Below the pieces are notes generated by a model, which was not told the DNA's origin, ran no database searches, and saw only the letters and a program-made list of their open reading frames with translations. DNA of 64,000 bases from positions 26,102,001 through 26,166,000 of the forward strand of contig NC_043003.1 in assembly GCF_006345805.1 (NCBI RefSeq), read 5' to 3'. The position numbers were made by a program, and so were the translations under genes. Numbering within the stretch: position 1 is the first letter of the stretch; every line of letters begins with the position of its first letter. This document shows positions 38,279 to 51,869 of this stretch, piece after piece. The stretch is from Octopus sinensis. Taxonomy: Eukaryota.

Positions 38279-39559
38279 GTGTGTGTCTTTGTGTTTATGT
38301 CTCTGTAACTTAGCAGTTGGAAAAAAGAGACCAAAAACCCTTCAACGCTGTGTTTCAGTATGGCTGCAGTCAAATGACTGAAACAAGTACAAGAATATAC
38401 ACACACACACACACATCAAATGGCTATGGAGGTCCAGAAGAGTAAAATAGGAATCAACGAAGTCCATAGGCAAAAAATAGTTGAGAACCACTGGTTGGGT
38501 CAAAAGTGGAAAGGCAGTGATTTGACCTCTTTGAAGAGCTTTTGTAAAGGAAACCCTTGACAAAGAGCACAAATGATTGGTTGCAGCTAGAGGAAGCAGG
38601 GTTTCAGGATATAAAGTTAATACTTAAGACTTGAAGGATAGGCAAGTAGTGGTATTAAACCAAGTGAGGAGTAAGTCTACCACCATGACATTGTAAGTGT
38701 TACTATGATGATGATGATGGACTGGTACTGAAAGACTTGTTTAAAAGAATAATAATTTGATGCCACTTCAGACAAAACAAAGAGGCTTGACAGGCAAGCT
38801 TAAAAAAAAAACCTCAAGAACTTTTCAAAGACTTTTTAATTGTACTAGAAAGGGGAGGATGGTTAAAGTAGGCTCTGAAAGATAACTTACAGAGATAACT
38901 GAAATGTATGGACCAAGGATGGGCAATCACTGATTTGTTTTCTTTGTTTATCATTCAAAACCAGACAAAGCCAGACTGCTATCACAAAAGACAGTTTTGT
39001 TAGCTGGAAACCACTCATGTTATGATTTATTGTTGTTGTTATTGTTTAACTCAAGGCCAGTGCTGATCAAACAGACCTCAAAGTAATCCAGCCATGTCCA
39101 ACCCATATTATTTTCAGGCAAATTATCTATTGGGTCTTTCTTTTTTTTATGGTAACATATGGTTTGAGTAGAATTCAGTTGCTATTTCTAACAGGTTGGG
39201 CAACGATACTGAGGCTTCCTCATTATCCCAACTCATCTTCAAAGTACTGTTGTTTCACTCCATGCTAGACCCGAGTGAGCAGATCTATGACCTCAAAACA
39301 CTCCAGATGTGACCCTGTCTTTCTAGAACTACAACACTTATGCATTCTTCCTTGTTTTTTTAAGATAAAAGGATATGGTTTAAATGAGTTTAGCTGCTAT
39401 TTCTAACTGGTCAAATGATTACAGAGAGGTTAACCTCATTAGCAAGTGTGCACAATGTATTTAGACAGGAGATGTTACAGAAAGAGAGGCAGTTTGTTGG
39501 TGGAAAGTGATGAGCCCAATTGCAATTTACCTGGGAGAGACCAACTGTAATTTACTCAC

Positions 39560-39674
39560 CTGGAAGATAACAGCAGCAAATCAGCAGGAAAGAACTTGCT
39601 ACTCGTGATCTTGACCAGATCTCCCACTGTTACGTCAATCCACTTAACTGGAAACCAGTCACCATTTTTTAACA
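39560..39674 (-). CDS. ATP8A1: ATP8A exon c (115 bp): VLKNGDWFPVKWIDVTVGDLVKITSSKFFPADLLLLSS
   Basis: ttttgcag acceptor, gtgagt donor, phase 1/2; A-domain VGD..PAD motif. Confidence 0.95.
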
Positions 39675-39793
39675 CTGCAAAAATAAAGAAGGCAACATGT
39701 AAGCTGCTGAATATTTGGAAACTGGGAAGGAGAAATAACAAGAACTGGGTGAGAGACAATTTACCATCAACAAAAAATATCATTCAGGTTTAA

Positions 39794-40000
39794 CCCTTTT
39801 GTTACTGTATTTATTTTGAGATGCTCTGTGCTTCTTTCAATTACTTTAAATATAACAAAGAATTTAGTAAAATAACTTAGTTATCATTCAGCTAGTGTTA
39901 GGAACATAAATTGGCATAAGATTTTAGTTCAAAACTTTTGAAAACAAGATATTTGTACTCAGAACCAGAGCCGGTTTCAGCCGAGTTGGTAATGAAAGGG
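39794..40000. mobile_element. piggyBac-type MITE (TTAA TSD)
   Basis: TTAA-CCCTTT...AAAGGG-TTAA; relatives at 55948-56146, ~5945-6155 and ~5390-5710. Confidence 0.8.
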
Positions 40001-40393
40001 TTAATATGAATAAGAGTAACTAAAGGATTTGAAGGAATAAAATTCTCTGCATCATCAAACATATCAGGAAACCTCATTCTTAATGTCTATGTTCAATGTT
40101 GGCATGGATTAGATGGTTGAACAGGATCTCATGGGCCCAAGGGTTGCATCATGCTCTAGTGTCTGTTTTGGCAGTTTCTACAACTCGATGGCCTTCCTAA
40201 TGCCAAGCACCTTACAGCACGTACTGGGTGCTGTTTTCATGCCTCCAGCACTAATCAAGTTGCCATGTAGCTTGCAAGACTACATGCCCCAAGGGAAGAA
40301 TTTTGAGCTAGATGAGGAGTAAAAGTATGAGAAAAAGGGCCAGACCAAAACAAGTTTCTTGTTACAGAGGAGCTACATAACTACTCACATTTT

Positions 40394-40397
<4 letters not shown>

Positions 40398-40458
<61 letters not shown>
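40398..40458. repeat. (GA)n microsatellite
   Basis: Direct reading. Other long tracts: (TG)n 40703-40742, (AAT)n 43970-44056, (TA)n 51827-51867 and 52919-52970, (TA)n/(GA)n 63800-63922. Confidence 0.95.
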
Positions 40459-40460
<2 letters not shown>

Positions 40461-40699
40461 GGGGTGCAAATAACTGGGTGGACCTGACTCTCAATTAGAA
40501 AAAAAGAATACAAGTTCCAGTAACCCAATACCCTATATTTGGCAATCCTGATTGTCTGGTACATTTTGTAAGATTTTACCAATTTATCATAATCTTATGC
40601 ATCACCACTAATTCCACCTGGTCACTATTCATATTCAAGTTGAAAAGAACAGCGACCAGTGCATAAGTGAGTCATATCTGGTTTTATTTACTTTATATA

Positions 40700-40743
<44 letters not shown>

Positions 40744-41389
40744 ATGCCCATGTCCTGATACCATCTGATAGTTAGAAATCAGCATTACCATCATACAAGT
40801 GATGTCAATTTCCAGTCTACTGTGAAATACATGTTTAACTATGGAGTAATATTACCATGTTTGGACACAGGTGAGGGTTGGCAATAGGAAGGGCATCAAG
40901 CTGTAGAAAATCTGGCTCACAAAATTCTGTCCGACCCATGCAAGCATGGAAAAGTGGACACTAAATAATGTTGATGATATCTACCCTTAAGTGGAAACAT
41001 GCCTTCTAATATTGAGAGTAACCAATTTGAGAATTGTGGTGGGGGAAAAAAAATGTAACTCTTAACATTGCACCCAAAAATTGAAATAACACAAACTGGC
41101 TCTTCAACATTTTATGAAAATTAATGAAACAAAAGAACATTTATGGCTGAATCTGAGGCAAGTACATATGTTTTATGTGCAGCAGATATGAAGAAATCAC
41201 ACAAAGTTATGGGCACTGCAATGCTTATAGTTGGATGATTTAGAAGTTGTAACCCTTTTCATATCAACCTGCATGAAACTGCTCCTGATAGTACGATTCC
41301 TAGTTTTAAAATGATTTGTTCCAAACAACTTAATAATGACAGTTATTTCAATAAATTCTTTATTATTTTCAAAATAAATTGAAACAAAG

Positions 41390-41595
41390 ACTCTTTACTC
41401 TTTACTTGTTTCAGTCATTTTAACTGCAGCCATGCTGGAGCACCACCTGTAGTCGAACAAATCAACCCCAGGACTTATTCTTTGTAAGCCTAGTACTTAT
41501 TCTATTGGTCTCTTTTGCCAAACCGCTAAGTTACGGGGACGTAAACACACCAGCATTGGTTGTCAAGCAATGTTGGGACACACACACAAACATAT

Positions 41596-41643
<48 letters not shown>

Positions 41644-41800
41644 GACGGGATTCTTTCAGTTTCCGTCTACCAAATCCACTCACAAGATTTTGGTCAGCCT
41701 GAGGCTATAGTAGAAGAGGCTTGCCCAAGGTGCCATGCAGTGGGACTGCACCTGGAACTATGTGGTTCGCAAGCAAGCTACTTTCCACACAGCCACTCCC
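41390..41800 (-). mobile_element. SINE family A, inserted in a TTAA-type MITE (~41251-41840)
   Basis: Full-length match; MITE sequence on both sides. Confidence 0.8.
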
Positions 41801-44003
41801 ACATCTATTTTAGCAGAACTATGGTAACAAAAGTGTTAAAATAGGGTATTACATTCATAAACTTAGTTAAGTTTGGCACAAAGAAGTAAGCAAATATTGA
41901 GGTCAATGAAAAATACAGTCACCTTTGTGATTACCTGGTTTTAGAAAAAAAAACTGATTTTGTTGTAGTCTAAAACAGAATTCCAGTATACTCACATATC
42001 TGATAATCTTATATGATCAAGATCCCAATACCTGCAGATTAACAGACCAGCATTGAATTTTCCAAAGCAATTAAAAACTAGACAGTTATAAATACACCAT
42101 TACAACCATCACTGTCCATTTTCTATGCTGGCATGAATTGGACAGTTCAACACAAACTGAGCCAGTGGACTGTGTTGAAGTTCAATGTCACTATAGAGAT
42201 ATAGTGGGAGCTTTTGTTTTTGTGTCACCAGCATTAGTGAGGTCACTATATACTTCACAAGACAAGACCCCTAAACTGAGTAGGGGTATAGTATTGAGGA
42301 AAGTGAAAGGGTGATAGAGGGATAGGAAAAGTGCCTTGCTGAAGAGATACATGGCTTCTCAAGTTGGGGAAAGAGAGAGAGATAGTGAAGGTATACTTTT
42401 AAAGCACAAGGTGGGTATAAGAGAGAGAATATGGATAGTGGAACAGAAAGGTGGATGGGTAGACGAGTTCCCAAAAGTATGAAAAAGTGGGGATTGAGAT
42501 GGATGCAGTGAGCTGGACTGACAGGTGCAAGCATGGCCAATGGTTTAATATCAGGTTGGAGAGGGAGTGAAAAAAAAAATAGGAGTCGGTCAGAGTAACA
42601 GAAATTAACACATTTCAATATTTTGCCTACAAAAATCCTTAGTCATTAGTAAGGAGACTAGGAATACAGTCTCTGTAATATGCACAGAAAAACGATGTTC
42701 AGACAATGTTGAGTAAGGGTTAAGATCAAACAAAGAATGTTGAACAACTTGTCAATAATAGAGTGTGGTTTTTGGATCACATTTGTTTAAATGGAATTGC
42801 TCTTTAGTTCTGCTAAAGATGTGGGAGGGAAGCAATTAGTACAAAAATTCTAAGAGAACAAATCCTATAACTTGTAACATTGCACTGCATTTACACATGC
42901 AAGTTTCTCTTCTCTATTTAGGCTAGGCAATCTCTGAGACTTCATTGAAACTTGACACTCTCTACAGGACCAAAAGTGCATCATTCCACTGTCATCTATG
43001 CAAAGAGCAATTCATAGTTTGCAAAAAAAAAAAAACAATAAAAAACCTTTCACACACAAGACTACCATGCTATTCATAAAAAACAAGCAGAGATTTATTT
43101 AATAATACTTAGTTAAAAAGTCATTTCATTGGTGAGCAAACCCAAGGTCATGGACACAGTCCAGCCCAATCCAGTCATGGGATATGAATCGCAGGACCTT
43201 TTGTGATGATAGACTAGCATCTTATTAACTAGGAGTAGCTCTGAATCCTCTGTACAGTAAAATACACACACACACACACATATATATATACATATATTAC
43301 CTACACACTGACAGACACATATACATTTACAGTCATGCATACATATATTATGGGGAGCAATTAGTGCTCTCACCAAAGCCAACACAAGTGGGGTGGGGGT
43401 GGGTGAAGAAAACCTAATTAAGAACACACAGAAAATAATGTAATTACTTCCCCCACCACCCTACAATGTGTGTGTATGTGTGTGTGTAAGTAAAGGAGAT
43501 GAGAGACAAGTAGAATTCTCGAGGAGGAAGAGATTTACATTGAATGCGACTGTGAGCATTAAGCCTGCTTTTAATATACACAATCAAATGATGCTTTAGA
43601 TAAATATCTAAGAATATATTTTGGATAAAAGTCAAGAAGTTTGGCAATCTATTAAATCAAATTAAGAAAGGAAGAGGGAAGCTAGCGGGGAGGGGTTGAA
43701 ATTATGTCAGAGGATTATGTGTTAGTGTGAGAGAAAGTGCATATGTAAGTATATGTGCCTCTGTGTGTGTGCATGTATGCAGTAATTGGGGCAAGTCAGA
43801 AATGTCAAAAAACACCCACTTAGCAGCAAAGGGGAAAAGAGAGAGAGGAGGAATTACATAAGACTATTCAGCTCCACGTCTGTTTCTCTATGCGCATGTG
43901 TGTGTGTCATTTATTATTGCAACAGGAGCACAGATTTATTCTGAGTGTAACTCTATGTACATACGATAGTAATAATAATAATAATATTAATAATAACAAT
44001 AAC

Positions 44004-44044
<41 letters not shown>

Positions 44045-44269
44045 TAATAATAATGATCCTTTCTACTATAGGCACAAAGCCTGGAATTTTGGAGGAGGGG
44101 ATAAGTCGACTACATTGAGCCCAACACTCAACTGGTACTTAATTTATTGACCGTGAAAGGATGAAAGGCAAAGTCAACCTCGGCAGAACTTGAACTTAGA
44201 ATGTGAAGACAGATGAAATGCCACTATGCATTTTGCATGGCATGCTAACGATTCTGCCAGCTTTCCATC

Positions 44270-45340
44270 TTCAGATAATATACTTCCTGAAGCAGAGGAA
44301 ACCTGCCAATTTTGGAATAACATCTGGGGGCAAGAAGTTTCCCCACACCCATGCTGCTGAGTGGATTCATTCCGTGAGATCTGAACTCCACCACCTGGAG
44401 ACTCCATGACAGGACCATGTGCATATAATGGAAGATGTAATTGCACGGGTATCAAAACTACCAAACTGGAAAGCAGCAGGACCAGACAGAATTCAAGGCT
44501 ACTGGCTCAAATGGTTTAGGTCAACACACAAGCAAACTGTGTTGCAGTTAGACAATTGCCTACAGAGTGGTGCAGCTCTGGAGTGGATTACAGAGGGAAA
44601 GACAACATTGTTGATGAAAGACTGGTCAAAGGGCAATGAGGTTGGCAATTACCAACCCATTGCTTGTCTTAACTTTCTATGGAAAGTGTCAACAGGCATC
44701 CTCACAGGGAAAATGTATATGTTCCTTGTAGAAAAAAATCTACTTCCAGTAAAACAAGAGGGATGCTGAAAAGGATCCAAGGGCACCAAGAACTATCTTG
44801 TGATGGATAAGATTGTAATGAAGAACTGTAAACGGTACCAAAAAAACTTGTGCATGGCTTGGATAGACTTTAAAAAGGCTTACGACATGTTGTCACATTC
44901 GTGCATTTTGGAAATACTTGACATGTGGAATAGCTGAGAACGTGTGTGCACTGAATAAGAACAGCACACCTAGCTAAAAACAGGTCTTTTCTGTAGCAAC
45001 CAGCACTTAGCTGAGGTAACAATCAAAAGAGGTATCTTCCAGGGAGACTCTTGTTCACCTTTGTTATTTGTTATAGCCTTGTACTTTCTGTACTCCTATG
45101 CAAAGTCAACATGCACTATGAGCTGAGAAAGAATGGACCTTGTCTCAACTACCTTCTCATGGATGATTTAAAACTGTTTGCAAAAGCAGAGTCTGCAATG
45201 GAGAAGTTGGTTGAAACTGTGCAGGTGTGCAGCAAGGATATAAAGAGGAGATTCAGTATCTCAAAATGTGTGGTGCTTACTCCGAAACGACAGAAAAGAG
45301 CAGATTGCAGGGGCATAGAATTGCCCAACGGAGAGAGGAT
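44270..45340 (+). mobile_element. R4/Dong-like LINE reverse transcriptase fragment (stops and frameshifts)
   Basis: PNWKAAGPDRIQGYWLK, NYQPIACL, AWIDFKKAYD, RGIFQGDS and LMDDLKLFA RT motifs. Confidence 0.88.
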
Positions 45341-47789
45341 GGTTTTACGGGAGCTGACAAGCCAGAGAGCTGCACTGGGTCTCAGTCATCTGTTTTGGAG
45401 TGATTCAATAGTTGGATGTCTTTCCTAATGCCAACTTCTTTACAGAGTCCACATGTTTTAAACAAGACACTAGCATGGGTACTTTCCACATGGAACTGGC
45501 ACAGGTGAATTTTTTATGTGGTACACACATGGGTGCTTTCATATATGGTACCGGCACATGTGTCTCTTTTACATGGCACCAACACGAGTGCTTTTTTTTT
45601 ATGTGACATCATCATGGATCCTTTGTTTCTGTGGTGCCAGCATGTAAATCAAATAGTGAAACAGCAACCTGAGAGCATAGCCACAGAAACAATCCAACTA
45701 CTGAGCATCCAAATGTACGGATGCACCAAAACCAACATGTGGTGCATGAATATCTTGCATTTAAACACAGAACTGCACAATTATGATATTGGGACTGATA
45801 TAATCACAGACGATAACAGATTTGGAATATGAACATATGCAATGCACACACACAATATATATATATATATATAAATATATATATATATAAAATGAATGGT
45901 TTTTATTTGTGCATAGGCTACAGTAAAATGAATGAATAATGTGTATTTGTATGTTTGAAAAAAAAAAATTAGAATGCATAGAAATCATCACCCAGAGTTG
46001 TTGTATGAACAGATCTACTGATATACCAGTGACTCTGCATGTGTATGTATTATATTATGAATGTGTGTGTACAAAACTACAAACCATATATGAGCTCACA
46101 GAAACAACAATGAAACTGTACATTCAGACAACATATACACACAATAAAAAACCCACATATATATATATATATATTCTACGAAATATAGAAAAAAAATATG
46201 ACTAAATACACACACATTATGTATGTATATATACATAAATAAAATACATGTCGCATCAAAAATGAAATGCAATTTTGTCAGAGTGTTTTCAAAACAACAA
46301 TTTTTAGAAGTAGTTTCCGGAAAAAGACGTCAGTACATGTCAATTTTTTTTTCCTAAAACAGATTATTTCCAAGTGCTTTCAAGATTATTAATGTATCAA
46401 ACAATAAAGAAAGCAACACATATACACACATATATACTGACACACACACACACACACACTTCACGCTACAGTATTTTAGTATAAACATCTTTAATAGATC
46501 AGAAAAGAAGATAAAGTGTGATATGTGTTTGCATGTAAATGAGAGAGAGAGAGAGAGGAGGGTGTGAGTATGTGTGTGTTTGAATATCTAAGATTTAAGG
46601 TTTGTGTGTGTATTTATATATCTGTCAAGGTTTCTTAAAAACAGGTTGTGATGTCTCTCTTTAATACAATCATAGCTCCTCTGTATTACAGAAAAATGAC
46701 AAACTCTGTAATAATAATAATCCTTTCTACTACAGATACAAGGCCTGGAATTTTGGAGGAGGTTGTTAGTTGATTACATCTACCCCAGTACTTTCTGGGA
46801 CTTATTTCACCAACCCTGAAAAGATGAAAAAGTTGACTTCAGTAGCATTTGAACACAGAACGCTAAATGTTAAACATTTTGTCCAGCATGCTAATGATTC
46901 TTGTTTCTTTATTGCCCACAAGGGGCTAAACATAGAGGGGACAAACAAGGACAGACAAAGGGATTAAGTCGATTACATCAACCCCAGTGCGTAACTGGTA
47001 CTTAATTTATTGACTCCGAAAGGATGAAAGGCAAAGTCAACCTTGGCGGAATTTGAACTCAGAACGTAATGGCAGACGAATTAGTGCTAAGCATTTCGCC
47101 TGGCGTGCTAATGTTTCTGCCAGCTAATAGCATGCTAATGATTCTGTCAGCTTGCCGCCTTAATAATGATAATAATAATAATCCTTTCTGTTATAGGCAC
47201 AAAGCCTGAAATTTTGTTGGAGGGGGCTACTTGATTACAGTGACCCCAGTGTTCAACTGATACTTATTTCGTCAATCCCAAAAGGATGAAAGGCAAAGTT
47301 GACCTCAGCAGCATTTGAATTCAGAATGTAATGGCAGAAGAAATGCTGCTAAGAATTTTGTCTAGCATACTAACAATTCTGTCAGACCACCACCTTAATA
47401 ATAATATTAATAATAATAAAGAACATAAAGATAGCTCAATAAATCCAAAGAAAGAATTCTAGGAACATTCAAGAAATATCACAATGCCAACATTCAATAC
47501 TTTACCATGTTGGACATAGCAGGTCAAGTGATACACTATATTTTCCAGCATGTAAATCAAATTTTTTAGACCAAAGCTTTCAGCTAAAAAAGGTGAGGTG
47601 GCTTATATACCAAGACAACTCTGGACGACCAAAATTTCCTTGTGAAATGGAGCAGGATTTGGAAAGATATTAACGATGTTTGTATGTTTACACATGTTTA
47701 TGTTACTATATCAACTTGTATGCCAAAAAACATTCGGAGCCCTATCAGGAAATGTGTCGCTGTGTCTCAAACAAGGTACTCTCTAATGC

Positions 47790-48250
47790 CTAATACCAAG
47801 CCAGGCATGGGCGTATGTGCCACTGTTATGCATTGCTACATCCACTGCTTGTCAGTATTTAATCAGGGTGTCCCAGACAACCCTGCAAGCAGTGTCCCAG
47901 TCAGTCCCCATCTCTATGAGATACCTCTTCATCTGCTGTGACCATGTGGAATGTGCTCAACCATCATGTAACATCACTCTAGTTGGACCCTCAGAGAAGA
48001 GAACATGATGCACAGGATCCAGCTTAGATTGTTTGGTCATGTTGCTTAATTTTCTGAGCTTACACTCCCAAATCATGCAAGTAACAAGATGCATCACTGT
48101 TTCTGAGTATAGTTGTTGGTTGGATACAAAATCCAACAAATGGTAACCTATAATCCTGCGAAGCATCCTAGTACCAAAGGGCCCTGGACAATGTCCAAAT
48201 CTCAAAACTATACAGCAAAGCAAGCAGCACTAGAGATTTCAGACTCCTAT
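47790..48250 (-). mobile_element. Second RTE-like LINE C-terminal fragment
   Basis: FGTRMLRRIIGYHLLDFVSNQQLYSET...DPVHHVL resembles the post-RT region of RTE-type LINEs. Confidence 0.55.
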
Positions 48251-50454
48251 CTAAGCCTAGTACCATTTGTATAAAAATCTTAGTTAACTCCAGGAAGCTA
48301 AGAGCTATTTTGTTCATTTCTACATCCATTCTTCCATGCTAGTATGAGTTACACAAATGTATCATTGAGGTGTTTTACAGCCAGATGCTATTTCTGAAAT
48401 TAATCTTCACCTGTTTTCCAAGTAAAGGACCTATTATTTCATGTTTTCAGAAATGCAAATCCAGTGGACAATTTGTTGACAAGAGAAATGGCAACAACAT
48501 TAGTTGAAGTTCAAGATTTTCAGCAAAGTACAGATATAAACAAACACTCATACACACATGAATATGATAAGTTTCTTTCAGTTTCTGTCTTCTAAATCTG
48601 TTCATAAGGCTAAGAGCCATAGTAGAAGACATTCACTTAAGCTGCTGTACAGTGGGATTAAATCTAAAACCATGTGGTTGGGAAGCAAACTTCTGAACTA
48701 TACATCAAACTTATGACAAGAGAACACCAAACATGTACACACACATTGAACAAGTTTTTTCAGTTTTTTTTCATCTTCTGAATTCACAAACAAAGCTTTG
48801 GTTGGTTTGGAGCTGTAGTAGAAGATATTTGTCCACGGTGTTGCATAGTGAGATTGAACCCAAAACCAAGTAGCTAGGAAACCAACTTCTTGACCACACA
48901 GCCACATCTGCACATTTTTCATGGCAAACATCAAACTCAGGCAGGACACTACTTTGCTGTGAGGCACATTAACTATTGTGTTAGCACTAAGTGGCTGACA
49001 AATTATCTTGCAGACATAAACTAGTACAGTTAAAATAACAATCTAATTATAATATCTAATTTCAGAAGGTGGAAAAGCAAGTACTTTGTATAGTGTAATC
49101 AGTAACATGATCACCTAAGAGATAATCAGTTGAAAGATCAAGTCCTATCAGTGGGTCTATCTCTAGCTTCTGTTTCAAATCAACATCTAAAAAATTTTAA
49201 ATCAACTTGTTAGTGTTACTTGTCATATGACGAGTTAATTTTGGAAGTATACTTTTTCCATCATGGGTAATATCAGGACATGTGACATCATCATCATCAT
49301 TTAGCATCCGTTTTCCATGCTGGCATGGGTTAGACAGTTTGACTGGAACTGGTAAGCTGCACCAGGTTCCAGTCTGTTTTGGCTTCGTTTCTACTGCTGG
49401 ATTCCTTCTCTAATGCCAACCATTCCACAGAGTATACCAGGTGCCTATCACGTGTCACCGGCACTGGCCACAACTACAATTTCACTCAGCTTGACCTATC
49501 TTCTCAAGCACAGCAAATTGTCAAAAGTCTCAGTTGCTTGTCACTGCCTCTGCAAGACTCGACATATATATGATAACTATAATTTAACTTATGAAATATA
49601 ATTTTCCAAAGAAAAATATTTATTCCCTTAAAATAAAATTAAAGAAAACGAATTTCTCATTTGTACAACAAGGTTTACACAATCACAAGAATGAGTTTAT
49701 CCTGTAGTTGGACAAGATTTTGTTTCAAATATAAAAAAAAAGTGTCCACTACCCAAGGCTGAGAAGATAACCTTTCAGATTTAAGTTCATTTGTGTTTTA
49801 GGAAGGACCAAACCCAATTAATGAACAGTGCCTCAACGTTAAAGTAATCTCCACAACATTATCCCCATTTGTTGATGTATTACACTTCTCACCAATTAGT
49901 AATTCATTTGGGAAAGGCATGACTGTCACTACTCACATTAAAACCTCTTCTGCTGCCAAGATGCTTAATTAATCATTGTTGAGTTCACTAATTATAAATA
50001 ATTAAGAAATGTTTAATGTTTGGCAATAAATATATATAAAATTAATATAAACAGCCAGGTGCAATGTGATACCTATTTCTTTATTACCCACAAGGGACTA
50101 AACACAGAGAGGACAAACAAGGACAGACAAATGGATTAAGTTGATTATATTGACCCCAGTGTGTAACTGGTACTTATTTAATCGACCCCAAAAGAATGAA
50201 AGGCAAATTTGAACTAAGAATGTAAGCATTTCGCCCGGTGTGCTAACGTCTCTGCCAGCTTGCCAGGTACAATGTGATACCATGAAGGAAAAACTCAATC
50301 ATCACTAAGTGTGACTAAGGACGCCAAAGCACCTACATTGCTAGAAGAGTTTCATTAAGAAATAAGAGTTTCTTAATGCTGTAAGAGGAGTGCAAAATGT
50401 ATACACACATGCTGACAGAGGAGGCATATATATATCATTCTTTAACAAGAATAA

Positions 50455-50549
50455 TATTGACAGTAACTATGAAGTTTTGGCCAGCTAAACCGTCATCTGA
50501 CAGTTCAATGGTGGCTTAGCTGGCCAAAACTTCGAAGTCACTGTCAATA
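50455..50549. repeat. 95-nt hairpin (42-bp arms, 11-nt loop)
   Basis: 50455-50496 versus 50508-50549, 6 mismatches at DNA level. Confidence 0.9.
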
Positions 50550-51125
50550 CACTCAGTACTATGGACCTCCCTTTAACGGATTTCAGAAGCAGCGGACAAA
50601 ATCACGGGATACCAACAACACAAGTGCAAATATGTCTCACCTCAAGTGGCACAGTGTTTTGTCTTGTCTCATTTACAGATACTTAGCTCAGGACTTACAT
50701 GTCTTATTAACAAATATGGCCTATGAGTGTGCTTGCTGCAATGATCTTTGTGACATCTGGGCCAGCTGTATGAAGATGAGTTCTGAGAGGCAAATTTAAG
50801 CCAACCTTAGAAAGCCAAATCTTACCATACATTGAACAACAGAAGGATGACCCTATTTCTGTGTTTAGCAAGGTGTTAGTTTTCCATGCATACTTTTGTT
50901 TGTTTTCTTCAAAATCTTTTACCTCAAGCCATTTATTTCTGACAAGGAACAATACATCACTTGTCACATGTAACCCAATACAATCAGTTACATAGCTGGT
51001 TTCTTGGTGACTAAACCCACAACTCCCCTGTGTTAGTTTGGTGAGAAGGGTGATATCTGGACACCCAGCAGGATGTAAAACAAAACACATTAAAGGGTGG
51101 ACGAATTTATGAGTCAACAGCCATC

Positions 51126-51824
51126 CGCTTTTTCCTATTGTCATTTCTTCCTACTCTTGTTGTTCTCCCTGATAGATCACTAGCTACTACACATGCTTTA
51201 TTTTCTCTTTTTTTTTCTGTGTTCCTTTCTGTGGAAGAGCATAGGCTCAAAATGTTAAGACTTTTTCACTTCCCAAGCGTTAAACTAATACATCTGTTTG
51301 TTGTCTACACCACCTCTCTTCGCCTCTTGTTTTTTTTGTGAATTCTCCCAATATATTACATGCTCCCATGGTCGCACCAGTTGATCCTGTCTCCTCTCAT
51401 TACCCAATGAACTTTTACACCTTCTACACTGGACTATTCTACCCGGATTCTCTACCTGGACTTTCTACTCTTGTACATGTCAGCTGCACCTCTCCTGCCC
51501 ATGGATTATACTGGACTCCGCTGTTGATGAGAAATCGCTCCAATACGACACAATGTTTGAAGCTTTTAAACCTTTTGAACTTTTCATAACTTTTTTGTAC
51601 TTTCTGCTTTTTCCTATTGTCATTTCTTCTTACTCTGGTTGTTCTCCATGATAGATGGCTAGCCACAACACATTCTTTATTTTCTCTCCTTGTTTCTTTC
51701 TGCGTTCCTTTCTGTGGAAGAGCGCAGGCTCGAAACGTTAAAGACTTTTTCACTTCCCGTGCATTAAACTAATACATCTGTTTGTTGTTCACACCACCTG
51801 TCTTCGTCTTTTTTGTGAATTCTG

Positions 51825-51830
<6 letters not shown>
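51126..51830 (+). mobile_element. Direct-repeat (pLTR/retrozyme-like) element with hammerhead-like motifs, abutting (TA)n
   Basis: About 225-bp direct repeats at ~51126-51355 and ~51605-51830, each with CTGTGGA-A-GAGC-N4-GCTC-(G)AAA(C)-GTT. Confidence 0.7.
51708..51743 (+). ncRNA. Hammerhead-like motif with variant core (U at position 6)
   Basis: CUUU-CUGUGGA-A-GAGC-GCAG-GCUC-GAAAC-GUU-AAAG; stems I and II pair perfectly. Confidence 0.55.
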
Positions 51831-51869
<39 letters not shown>

